The notes under the pieces: generated by a model
Told to the model about the DNA's origin: nothing
What the model saw: only the letters and a program-made list of their open reading frames with translations
The model's database searches: none
Assembly: GCA_018262245.1 (NCBI GenBank)
Contig: JAGTRV010000001.1
Location: forward strand, 2,019 to 66,018
Source of the DNA: Pseudomonadota bacterium
GTDB lineage: Bacteria > Pseudomonadota > Gammaproteobacteria > Burkholderiales > Rhodocyclaceae
Length of the DNA: 64,000 bases
Direction: 5' to 3'
Made by a program: the position numbers and the translations under genes
In this document: positions 31,607 through 40,665 of the stretch, piece after piece
How positions within the stretch are numbered: position 1 is the stretch's first letter
How the letters are laid out: each line of letters begins with the position of its first letter

Positions 31607-33202
31607 ATGCCCAAACTCGACGTCCTGGTTCGCGGCAACAGGCATTGCCTGACCTTCCAACCCGGACCGTCGCTACGCGAGATCCTCGACCGCAGCGATT
31701 ATCGCGTTCGTTCGGCCTGCCTCGGCCACGGCGCCTGTGGGCTGTGCCGAATTCGCCAGCTGGCCGGCGACGAGTGCCCCCGCCAACCGGCAGAACTCCT
31801 GCATTTGAGCAAAGCCCAATTGGCCGACGGCATACGCCTCGCCTGCCAGATTTACCCAACGACCGATTTGGCCGTGGAACTCATCAACCCGGCAGCGCCC
31901 TCGGGCTGGCACACGCCCCCGGCCGGCCTGAGCGTCGCCCCGCCAAGCCTTGCCGCCGACCGTCCGCTACCGGGCGGTGTATGCCACCCATACGGCGCGG
32001 CAGTCGACCTCGGCACGACCCATCTTTCACTGGCGGTTTACGATCTGCTCAGCGGCCATCGGCTGGCCGAGCGCTGGGGGAAAAACCCGCAGGCCCGCTT
32101 CGGTGCTGATGTCGTAACGCGGCTGATGGCGGCGACAGAACCGGATATTGCCCAGGCTCTGGCTTTTGCTGCTCGCAATGCGATCGGTGAGGCGATCGAG
32201 GACGTGACGCTGCGCGAAGGCCTTGACCCGCAAAGGATCAACCGGGTTACCGTCGTGGGCAATACCGCCATGCTGACACTGCTGGCGGCCAGAAATCACG
32301 ACTTGCTGCTCAAGCCTGCTTATTGGACCGCAGCGGTCGACTGCGCGGCAACAGATGGCGCCAGTTGGGCGGCGGCGTGGGGCATCTCTGGAAGCGCCGA
32401 AATCGAACTGATGCCACCACTGGGCGGCTTTGTCGGCTCGGACCTGATCGCCGGACTGGTGACCAGTGCGCTGATTGACGGCCCGGCGCCGGCCCTGTTC
32501 ATCGACTTCGGCACCAATTCGGAGATCGCGTTGTGGACTGGCGATGAGCTTCTGGTCACAGCAACAGCCGGCGGACCGGCTTTTGAAAGCGGCGCCGGCA
32601 GTTGCGGCACCCCGGCCGAAGCTGGCGCGGTATTTCGCGTCACGGAAGCACCGGGAGGGACGCTTGTCTATCGCATCCTCGACGACGACCGCGCCAAAGG
32701 TTTGTGCGGATCAGGCTTGGTCGACCTGGTGGCTTGCCTACTACGGGTTGGCCGCTTGGAGCCAACCGGTAAGTTCGCTGACGGCGGAAAACTCTTTGCT
32801 TTCTCGGTCGGGGAGCAGGAGTTCGTCTTGAACAAACGCGACATTGATGCCCTGCAGCGTGCCAAGGCCGCCATTGGTGCGGGAATCGTGGCGCTATGCG
32901 CGACAGCCGGCGTACCGTTGGCAGCCCTGAAACGGGTGGTGGTGGCTGGCTTGTTCGGGCGCTATCTGGACATCGGCAACGCGCAAGCCATCGGCCTCTT
33001 GCCACTTCTGCCGGCCGCCTACATCGAACTGGCCGGCAACACCGCCGCCGCTGGTGCGGCGGCTCTGCTGATCTCCCGACAAGCTCAAGAGATGGCCGAG
33101 CGCTTGCGTAGCCGGGCACAACTGATCAATCTTGCCCACTACCCCAACTTCGACGATGCTTTCCTGGATCACCTGTACCTCCGCCCGATGCAGGAGAATT
33201 AA
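31607..33202 (+). CDS. [2Fe-2S]-ASKHA (DUF4445) ATP-dependent reductive activator of corrinoid proteins (RACo/RamA-type)
   Basis: CLGHGACGLC...RLACQ ferredoxin; AVDLGTT, IDFGTNSEI, GPAFE, GLCGSG, GNTA. Confidence 0.88.
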   Translation: MPKLDVLVRGNRHCLTFQPGPSLREILDRSDYRVRSACLGHGACGLCRIRQLAGDECPRQPAELLHLSKAQLADGIRLACQIYPTTDLAVELINPAAPSGWHTPPAGLSVAPPSLAADRPLPGGVCHPYGAAVDLGTTHLSLAVYDLLSGHRLAERWGKNPQARFGADVVTRLMAATEPDIAQALAFAARNAIGEAIEDVTLREGLDPQRINRVTVVGNTAMLTLLAARNHDLLLKPAYWTAAVDCAATDGASWAAAWGISGSAEIELMPPLGGFVGSDLIAGLVTSALIDGPAPALFIDFGTNSEIALWTGDELLVTATAGGPAFESGAGSCGTPAEAGAVFRVTEAPGGTLVYRILDDDRAKGLCGSGLVDLVACLLRVGRLEPTGKFADGGKLFAFSVGEQEFVLNKRDIDALQRAKAAIGAGIVALCATAGVPLAALKRVVVAGLFGRYLDIGNAQAIGLLPLLPAAYIELAGNTAAAGAAALLISRQAQEMAERLRSRAQLINLAHYPNFDDAFLDHLYLRPMQEN

Positions 33203-33205
33203 GCA

Positions 33206-34687
33206 ATGAGCGATAAAACACTGACGCCCAACGATGCACTGGCGGCCATCGTCAAATCCGCCCAATATCTTGGCGGCATGGTGTCCCATCAGGAATTCTG
33301 GCCGCAACTGGGACGCCTGATCCGGAAGTTCTTTGCCAGCGATATCGCCGCCTTTGCCAGCCGGAATCCCGATGGTTCCGTACACATCTTGCACTGCGAC
33401 GCAGCCGATGCGGCAGTCTGCGGCCATCTGGCATCTGCAGCAGCCGACAGCGTTACTGCAGTATTCGATAGCGGCTTCCTGTCGACCGCCAGCCTGGCCC
33501 TGCCCGCCAGGCATACGCTGGCTTTCCTGCCACTGGGGCCGGGCCGCCGCCATACGGAATTCGTCATGATCGTCGGCCAATGCGGCGACGAACCGCTGGC
33601 AAAAGACAGCCTGGGGCTCTACCTCGGACTGGCCGGCCTGATCGAGACGACGCTCGACCGCCTGACCTCGCAACACCGTTTCCTGAGCATGGCCGACAAC
33701 GTGCCCGAGCTGCTTTTCGAAATCGAGCAACAAGCCGACGCATCGCTGAAACTGACCTATGCCAGTCGCGGCGCCCGGGAGGTGCTTGGCATTTCGCCAG
33801 AAACGCTGCTCGAGAATGCCGAAATGCTGTTTGCCGGCTTCCCGGCCGCCGAGCGAAAGGACCTGGAGAATACGCTGCTCGCCTCGGCAGCCAGCGGCGA
33901 ACGCCTGCACATGACCCTGCACTGGCGCGGACCGGACAAAACAGCGCGGCATCTGCTCTTCAACGCCAAGCCCGCGCCGAGCGAAGAGGGCGGACTGGCC
34001 TGGGATGGTGCCATCCAAGACGTAAGCGAACGCGAACGCCTGCAGGAAGAGAGCCGCCACCACCTGACCCGGCTGAACAAAAGCATGGAAAATGCGATTC
34101 AGGCCGTGGCGGCGACGATCGAAATGCGTGACCCCTATACCGCCGGCCATCAGCGCCGGGTGGCCGAACTGGCGACACACCTGGCCCAGGCTCTCGGCCT
34201 CTCGGACGAGGAGGTGCACGGCATCCGCCTTGCTGCGGCGATTCACGATATCGGCAAGATTCACGTACCGGCCGAGATCCTCAGTTACCCCGGGCGACTG
34301 CCCGAAATCGAGTTTGCGCTGATCAAGGCACACCCGCGCATCGGTTACGACATCCTGAAAAATGTGGACTTTCCCTGGCCGGTCGCCGACATGGTCTATC
34401 AGCACCATGAGCATATCGACGGCTCTGGCTATCCGCGCGGCCTCAAGGGCGATGACATCATGCTCGGTGCCCGCATCATTACCGTCGCCGACGTGGTCGA
34501 AGCTATCGACCTCTATCGCCCATACCGCCCAGGCCTCGGAATTGATGTAGCACTGGCTGAGATTACGACCTATCGCGGCCAATACTACGACGAGCGCGTC
34601 GTCGATAGCTGCCTGAGCCTGTTTCGAGAGCAAAGTTTCAGCTTCGAAGAAACAACTGACTCGGCCATCTGGAAGAAAAACTTATAA
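33206..34687 (+). CDS. HD-GYP c-di-GMP phosphodiesterase with N-terminal GAF-like region and PAS domain
   Basis: RDPYTAGHQRRVA, HDIGKI, HHEHIDGSGYP, RPYRP; PAS MADNVP...WDGAIQDVSER. Confidence 0.9.
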   Translation: MSDKTLTPNDALAAIVKSAQYLGGMVSHQEFWPQLGRLIRKFFASDIAAFASRNPDGSVHILHCDAADAAVCGHLASAAADSVTAVFDSGFLSTASLALPARHTLAFLPLGPGRRHTEFVMIVGQCGDEPLAKDSLGLYLGLAGLIETTLDRLTSQHRFLSMADNVPELLFEIEQQADASLKLTYASRGAREVLGISPETLLENAEMLFAGFPAAERKDLENTLLASAASGERLHMTLHWRGPDKTARHLLFNAKPAPSEEGGLAWDGAIQDVSERERLQEESRHHLTRLNKSMENAIQAVAATIEMRDPYTAGHQRRVAELATHLAQALGLSDEEVHGIRLAAAIHDIGKIHVPAEILSYPGRLPEIEFALIKAHPRIGYDILKNVDFPWPVADMVYQHHEHIDGSGYPRGLKGDDIMLGARIITVADVVEAIDLYRPYRPGLGIDVALAEITTYRGQYYDERVVDSCLSLFREQSFSFEETTDSAIWKKNL

Positions 34688-34769
34688 CCCGGATGCACTT
34701 TTTGAATGTGCGCCGGAGGTGCGGAAGTGACGGAGCCGGAAGATCGGCTCCTAACAACGGCGAGCCGGC

Positions 34770-34839
34770 TCAGTCCAGTCGCTTGAACACGGTCGTCTGG
34801 CCATCACGCTCCCGGAGTCGAAACTCGGCGGGCGTGACG
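34770..34839 (-). repeat. Right-flank copy of the 70-bp direct repeat (intact gene 3' end)
   Basis: Aligns ungapped to 29653-29722. Confidence 0.8.
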
Positions 34840-35156
34840 GAAAGGACGGGGTTCGGATCGTCGATAATCCGCCCACCCTGCTTGATGCTCCAGATGATCT
34901 GCTTGCCCTCGTAACGCCAGACGCCGTATTGCAGGAGGGTGCCGTCGTCCTTGCGAAGCTCCCATTCGCCATTGGCGGCCAGGTGGATGGGGGTGACGGC
35001 ACGGTCAGACTGCCACTTGCCGACAAAGTCGCGCTGGCTGACTTTCTTCTCGGTCAGAAAATGAACGCCGAATCCGACCAGCAGCGCCAGTACGACCAGC
35101 CTGAATCGTTTTCCGGAGAAAAATCCCATGGTGGCAAGATAGCGGCTAGCCGCCAT
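34770..35156 (-). CDS. Small membrane-anchored hypothetical protein
   Basis: N-terminal hydrophobic helix, FVGKW beta-rich domain; start overlaps upstream stop (TAATG). Confidence 0.6.
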   Translation of the reverse strand: MAASRYLATMGFFSGKRFRLVVLALLVGFGVHFLTEKKVSQRDFVGKWQSDRAVTPIHLAANGEWELRKDDGTLLQYGVWRYEGKQIIWSIKQGGRIIDDPNPVLSVTPAEFRLRERDGQTTVFKRLD

Positions 35157-35944
35157 TACTCCTCGTTCTGAAAGCTGCGCCCGCGGAAGCGGTTGATTTC
35201 CTGCTCCCGGCGCGCCCGTTCAGCCTCTTTCTCGGCGCGCTCCTTTTCTTCCTTGCGGCGAAGCTCTTCGGCCTTGGCGCGCTCAGCTTCCTGCTCGGCA
35301 CGGCGGAGATTGGCCGAAACCTCTTCGCCGAGGCGCCGCGACTCTTCCTCGAAACGGCGCTGCTTGCGTTCCTCGTCCTCCTGCAGCCGCTGCTTCTGGT
35401 TGTCGTCGCGCTCGGCCTGCTCCTTGCGACGCATGTCGGCCAGCAACAAATCGGCTTCGGCCCGGCTCGCCGCCCGGATACCGTAGGTCTGGTAGAAATC
35501 CTGGAGATAGACCTTTTCGGCCGCCGGTGATGCCGGATCTTCGCCCATGACCGCCTTGGCCCGCTGGTAGGACATGAACATCACGGTAATCTGCATGACC
35601 ATGCCGATCACCATGACGCCGGCGATCACCGTCAGCAGCCTGCGAATCGGACTCGACTTTGATGACTCCAGCGCGACCTCGACATGCAGCGGCCGGTCCA
35701 GTCCGGCCGTCTCGCCACCGCGCATGACCAGGCCGGCATCGTAATCCGAGCGGCGCGAAGGATTGGAGAGCACATCGTAAGCCTGCTTGAGCAACTGGAG
35801 CCTGAATTCAACTTCAGCCTCGGGCAGCGGGCTGTTTCCCGCCGCCAACTCTCGTGAAATTCTCAGGTAAGCCGAACTGATCTCGATCAGATCAGCATGC
35901 TGCGAGACTTCCAGCAAGTCGTAGTAGTTTGTCGTCTGCTTCAT
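35156..35944 (-). CDS. J-domain-like membrane protein with charged coiled-coil C-terminus
   Basis: NYYDLLEV...AYDVLSNPSRRSDYD, no HPD; TM helix; E/R/K-rich tail. Confidence 0.7.
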   Translation of the reverse strand: MKQTTNYYDLLEVSQHADLIEISSAYLRISRELAAGNSPLPEAEVEFRLQLLKQAYDVLSNPSRRSDYDAGLVMRGGETAGLDRPLHVEVALESSKSSPIRRLLTVIAGVMVIGMVMQITVMFMSYQRAKAVMGEDPASPAAEKVYLQDFYQTYGIRAASRAEADLLLADMRRKEQAERDDNQKQRLQEDEERKQRRFEEESRRLGEEVSANLRRAEQEAERAKAEELRRKEEKERAEKEAERARREQEINRFRGRSFQNEE

Positions 35945-36122
35945 CGCGTGAGATTCGGTGGTAACTAGCCGCGGAGCATACCAAAGCCATCATCCGTACA
36001 CCAACTATGGATGGGCAATGCTCACTTCCTGGTCAGGGGGAGCCGATCGGGAAGTCAGCCTGCAGTTGAATAAACATTTTGAATCTCGGCTCAGCCCTCA
36101 GGATGGCCTTTAAAGTACCGTT

Positions 36123-38126
36123 ATGATGTCAGACATGAACTCATTGCTCGACATTCGGACGCTGATACTGGTCATCACCATTGTCGTGACCTGTCGCACG
36201 TTCATATTAGGGTACGTCTGGAAAATCACCCGTCCCTATCGGCCCGCAAGCTATTGGGCTATCGGGTCGCTGTTGATCAGCGTCGGCGAGTTGTTGGTCG
36301 GCCTGAGGGATTACATATCTCCTGTTGTTTCAATCCTGCTCGCGCAGTGCCTGATCATGACTGGCTGGATGAGCATCACCGGAGGGATTTCCATCGCGGC
36401 GCGGCACAAGCCCGCATGGCGGACGGGGGGCACGTTCATCGCCCTGGCGATCCTCTGCACTTTCTGGTTTCTCGTCGTATCCCCTGATTTTGCGATAAGG
36501 ACCTACGCGGCCAGCCTGCCTGTCATCGGCTTCGACCTCTATGCCGCTTTCGTGTGCCTGCGCTTCAAGGAAGGGGCACAACGCGCGACGTTCAGGATAC
36601 TGGCGATTACCTTGCTGGCACAGGTGATCTCCAATCTCGTCAAGACCGCTTACATCGGCATCAACGAATTGACCCAGCTTTTTGACGCCCGTTGGCAGGT
36701 CGGTCAGTTCTATGTGGTGTCGGTAATCACGGCATCGGTATCGACCGCATTATTCGTGTTGCTCGCCGTACAACGCCTACAAGAACAATTGAATGTCGAA
36801 CTCCTGGCGCGGCGAGAAATCGACCACTCAGTACAGCTTGCCGCCATGGTCTATCAGGCAAGCAGTGAAGGCATGCTCGTCACGGAACCCGATGGCAGGA
36901 TCATCTCCGTCAATCCTGCTTTCACCGCCATCTCTGGTTATACGCAAGATGAGCTGGTCGGAAAAACTCCCCGGATTTTCAAGTCGGGAAAACAAGAGCC
37001 CGAGTTTTATGAGGCGATGTGGCGGGAAATCATTGCGACGGGGCACTGGAAAGGCGAACTGTGGAATCGACACAAGGACGGGAACCTGTCTGCCGAGGCA
37101 CTCAGTATCAATACCATACGTAACCCGGACGGATCGGCACAACGGTTTGTAGCGCTCTATCACGATGTAACGTCACAAAAACAATCCGCAGAGGTCATTT
37201 ACCATCAGGCCAACCACGATCAATTAACCAATTTAGCCAACAGAAACCACTTCTTTCAGCAGCTTTCGAAGGAACTATCCCGCGCCCGCCGCACCGGAAA
37301 GCGCGTTGGGCTGCTGTTCACCGACCTGAATCGATTCAAGCCAATTAACGACCAATTTGGTCACGAAGCAGGCGACACGGTTCTAAAAACCGTCTCGCAA
37401 CGGTGGTTGGCTTGTGTACGCGACAACGACCTTCTGGCAAGGATAGGCGGCGACGAATTTGCGCTGATTATTTGTGATCTAAACGATGTATCGCAAACCG
37501 AGGTCATCGCGAGAAAGCTCATTGCGACGCTGGAAGCACCGATCGCAATTGGTAACGATCAAAGCTGCACGGTCGGCACAAGCATAGGGATCGCCATTTA
37601 TCCTGACAACGCCATGGAAATGGATTCTCTGATTTCTGTCGCCGACGCAGCCATGTATGCCAGCAAGTCGTCTGGCAACAACATCATTCGACTCGCCGAT
37701 GTTGTGGCGTCAGAAAATAAAAATCAATCGGACTGGATTGTTTTTGAGTCGGGCCATCTTGTTGGCGTCAAAAAAATCGACGAGCAGCATCAGGAACTGG
37801 TCCGCATGGTTAACAAGATCAATCGAGCCATTCATTCGCGATGCGAAGATGCCTTACTGAAATTGATGTTCAATGAACTCGTTGCATTCACCGAGCACCA
37901 TTTCTCGACCGAATTACGGTTCATGATCGATTTTCACTATCCGGACACTGAGGCTCATGACCAGCAGCACCAGGCACTTGTGGCGCAACTCAGTAATCTG
38001 ATTACCCGGTTCGAGCAAGGCGATGAGTTGCAATCACTCCAAATGATCAAGGACTGGCTACTGAGGCACATCGAACATGCCGACAAGCCGCTAGGGGCAT
38101 ATCTAGCCTCTAAAGGTGCCAATTAG
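36123..38126 (+). CDS. Membrane-bound PAS-GGDEF diguanylate cyclase with C-terminal bacteriohemerythrin
   Basis: Multi-TM N-terminus, PAS (VNPAFTAISGY, WKGELWN), RDND I-site plus GGDEF, Hr ligands DEQH..HFSTE..HDQQH..HIEHAD. Confidence 0.88.
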   Translation: MMSDMNSLLDIRTLILVITIVVTCRTFILGYVWKITRPYRPASYWAIGSLLISVGELLVGLRDYISPVVSILLAQCLIMTGWMSITGGISIAARHKPAWRTGGTFIALAILCTFWFLVVSPDFAIRTYAASLPVIGFDLYAAFVCLRFKEGAQRATFRILAITLLAQVISNLVKTAYIGINELTQLFDARWQVGQFYVVSVITASVSTALFVLLAVQRLQEQLNVELLARREIDHSVQLAAMVYQASSEGMLVTEPDGRIISVNPAFTAISGYTQDELVGKTPRIFKSGKQEPEFYEAMWREIIATGHWKGELWNRHKDGNLSAEALSINTIRNPDGSAQRFVALYHDVTSQKQSAEVIYHQANHDQLTNLANRNHFFQQLSKELSRARRTGKRVGLLFTDLNRFKPINDQFGHEAGDTVLKTVSQRWLACVRDNDLLARIGGDEFALIICDLNDVSQTEVIARKLIATLEAPIAIGNDQSCTVGTSIGIAIYPDNAMEMDSLISVADAAMYASKSSGNNIIRLADVVASENKNQSDWIVFESGHLVGVKKIDEQHQELVRMVNKINRAIHSRCEDALLKLMFNELVAFTEHHFSTELRFMIDFHYPDTEAHDQQHQALVAQLSNLITRFEQGDELQSLQMIKDWLLRHIEHADKPLGAYLASKGAN

Positions 38127-38248
38127 CTGCGGTTCAGACTGGCCGTCACGGGCATGACGGCTGGAACCCCGACCATTCAGCATGACCCGGGCAAACCGAA
38201 AACTTGGGCAAAAAGCCCAAAGAGGTCTGCCCAATGCGGCTTCCATGT

Positions 38249-39667
38249 CTAATGCACCGTACAGACCATGCAAGGATCGAACGACCGCACGACGTGCTGC
38301 TCGGTTGGCGGGGCGCCCTCTCCGGCCGGCAGGCCGACCAGCGCCTGTTCGAGCGGACCGGGCAGGGCGTTGCCATCACGCGGCGAGAAGTTCCAGGTGG
38401 TCGGGGCGATGATCTGGTAGCGCTCGATCCGGCCGCGCTTGATGCTCAGCCAGTGGCCGAGGCTGCCGCGGGCGGCCTCGACAAGGCCGGTACCGGTGAC
38501 GTCATCGGGCATATCGCCGTGGGCGCAGAAGGCTTCGCCGGGTTGTAGCGCCAGAACCCAGCCTTCCATGGCGGGCAGGACTAGGGCCAGCTCGAGCAGG
38601 CGTGCAACGACGCGGGCCATGACGCTGGCGCCGTCGCGTTGTACCAGATCAAGCGCCAGAGGGTGGCCGGCGATGACCTGCCTGGCCAACGCACCGACTT
38701 CGTAGGGCTGGCCGGCGTAGCGCGGCGCCTTGCACCAGGTGTAGGCCGCCGGCTTGCCGGCATCGACCACCGTTTCACCCTGCGCCGGATGGCGCGGCTG
38801 GCCGGCGGCCAGCCAGGCGCTGGTCGTGTCTTCATCAATGGCCACGGGATCGAAGGCAGACACTTGACCACCTTGCCAGGTGCCGGCGGGAAACAGGTCG
38901 TAGGCACCATAGGACAGGAAAGCATCGTAGGCGCGACCCATCCGGTCCAGGCCGAGATCGCTGGCGGCATTCAAAAACGCAGGAAAGTCACCAGCCCGGC
39001 CGGTAGCCCAGGCAAGCAATTGATCTTTGCTGGCCAATTGGGAAACTCCGGCCAGCGAATCGCCAAACAGGCGCTTTTCGAGAAAGCCGCGGAATTCGCG
39101 GAGCAACGCCAGCAGGCGAATGCGCTCGCCGGCCGTGATCGCCCGCGTGCTGCCGCCGGGCTGGATGGCCAGCGTGTGCGGCCAGCGACCGGCGAGAAAA
39201 CCCATCAGTTTGAGGAAGCTGGCACGAGCCGGCAGCACTTCGGTGGTGGCGTCGCCTTTGACGGCCGCGAAGCGCTGGGCGACAGCGCTGTGCCAGTGGC
39301 GCCCGGCGTAGGCCGGGCGGGCAAAGTCGGGCATGAAGAAGAGGTAAAAGTGCGTCAGGTGATCGGCCAGGTTTTCGGTGGCCTGGATCAGATGGCGGGC
39401 AAGCAGGCCGTTCGGCGTCGGGGCAATCCCCATCGCATCGGCCAGCGCCGAAGCGGCGGCCGCCGACTGGGCGACCGAGCAGATGCCGCAGATACGCGGC
39501 ACGATGGCCAGCGCGTCGAGCGGAGAACGGCCGACCATGATCTGTTCGAATCCGCGAAAGAGCGGCGAATTGACCTGGGCCGACTGGATTCGCCCGTTTT
39601 CAAGATCGAGGCTGATTTCGAGATCGCCTTCGACCCGGTTGAACGGCCCGACGATGAGGCGCGTCAT
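38249..39667 (-). CDS. hupV: H2-sensing regulatory [NiFe]-hydrogenase large subunit (HupV/HoxC)
   Basis: GPFNRVEGDL, PRICGIC; ends at DPCMVCTVH with no cleavable extension. Confidence 0.92.
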   Translation of the reverse strand: MTRLIVGPFNRVEGDLEISLDLENGRIQSAQVNSPLFRGFEQIMVGRSPLDALAIVPRICGICSVAQSAAAASALADAMGIAPTPNGLLARHLIQATENLADHLTHFYLFFMPDFARPAYAGRHWHSAVAQRFAAVKGDATTEVLPARASFLKLMGFLAGRWPHTLAIQPGGSTRAITAGERIRLLALLREFRGFLEKRLFGDSLAGVSQLASKDQLLAWATGRAGDFPAFLNAASDLGLDRMGRAYDAFLSYGAYDLFPAGTWQGGQVSAFDPVAIDEDTTSAWLAAGQPRHPAQGETVVDAGKPAAYTWCKAPRYAGQPYEVGALARQVIAGHPLALDLVQRDGASVMARVVARLLELALVLPAMEGWVLALQPGEAFCAHGDMPDDVTGTGLVEAARGSLGHWLSIKRGRIERYQIIAPTTWNFSPRDGNALPGPLEQALVGLPAGEGAPPTEQHVVRSFDPCMVCTVH

Positions 39668-40665
39668 TTGCCGCCGCCCTTCTTGCGAATCGCCGGAAGA
39701 ACTACCGTGTGATCAGCCACCGAGTTGTTGCGTACCCGCTTTGGGGTCGCCGACTTGGAGAGCGCGGCCAGCGCGACAAACCAGGCTTTTGGCATGTCGG
39801 TCGGCAGGCCGATCGGGATACCGGCCAGTTTGGGCGTTTCCTGGAAAGCGTGGCCAGGCGATTCGAAGCCCGGCTCGGTGCAGGCAATGCAGGCAAAGCC
39901 GCCACGCAGGCAGGAGCCACTACCGTTCCATGGCCGCAGGTTGCAGTCGGCATGGGCTTGCGTGCCCTTACAGCCGAGGTTTTCCATCAGGCAGCCGAGG
40001 TCGGACTGCTTCTCGGCGCTGGCTTTGAATTCGTAATACTCATTGCGAGCGCAACCGTGGTGCACCAGGCCACCGGCGTAAAGCAATGGCCGGCCGAATT
40101 CATCGAGATCACCGGCGGTAATACCCTCCAGCGCCGCCTTTTCCAGCGTATCGACCACCCAGCCGGGATGCGTCGGGCAGCCGGCAATGTTGATCACCGG
40201 CAGTTCGGCGGAGGACTGGAAGCCAGCGCCGAGCAGCCCCCCCGGTGTCTGTTCGTCGAACTGTAGACCGCAGGCTTCCAGCGGATTGCCCGGCGTGTTG
40301 GCCGAAAAGCCGCCATAGGCCGTGCACGAGCCGATCGCAAAGACCCATTTGGCGTGACGGGCCAGACGCTCGACCCATTCGGTCAGCGGCCGGCCGCTAC
40401 CGGCCATCAGGTGAAATTTGCCGGTGCCGTTCGGGCCGCGCAGCATGGCACCTTCGATACACAGCGCATCGAAGGCCAAGCGACCTTCGGCACAGTCTTC
40501 GAGAATGCTCAGTGCTTCGTCGCCACTTTCGAGCGACAGCGCCGGATGCCAGAGAAACTCGATGCCGGCGTCGCGCAGTTCGTCGAACAGCGAACGAGGC
40601 TCGGAGCACAGCATGGACTGCGTGCAACCGCCACAGCCGCCGCTCTGCAGCCAGAGCACCTTCAT
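39664..40665 (-). CDS. hupU: Regulatory hydrogenase small subunit (HupU/HoxB)
   Basis: WLQSGGCGGC, no Tat signal, GCPTHP, C-terminal PTDMPKAWFVALA. Confidence 0.92.
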   Translation of the reverse strand: MKVLWLQSGGCGGCTQSMLCSEPRSLFDELRDAGIEFLWHPALSLESGDEALSILEDCAEGRLAFDALCIEGAMLRGPNGTGKFHLMAGSGRPLTEWVERLARHAKWVFAIGSCTAYGGFSANTPGNPLEACGLQFDEQTPGGLLGAGFQSSAELPVINIAGCPTHPGWVVDTLEKAALEGITAGDLDEFGRPLLYAGGLVHHGCARNEYYEFKASAEKQSDLGCLMENLGCKGTQAHADCNLRPWNGSGSCLRGGFACIACTEPGFESPGHAFQETPKLAGIPIGLPTDMPKAWFVALAALSKSATPKRVRNNSVADHTVVLPAIRKKGGGK

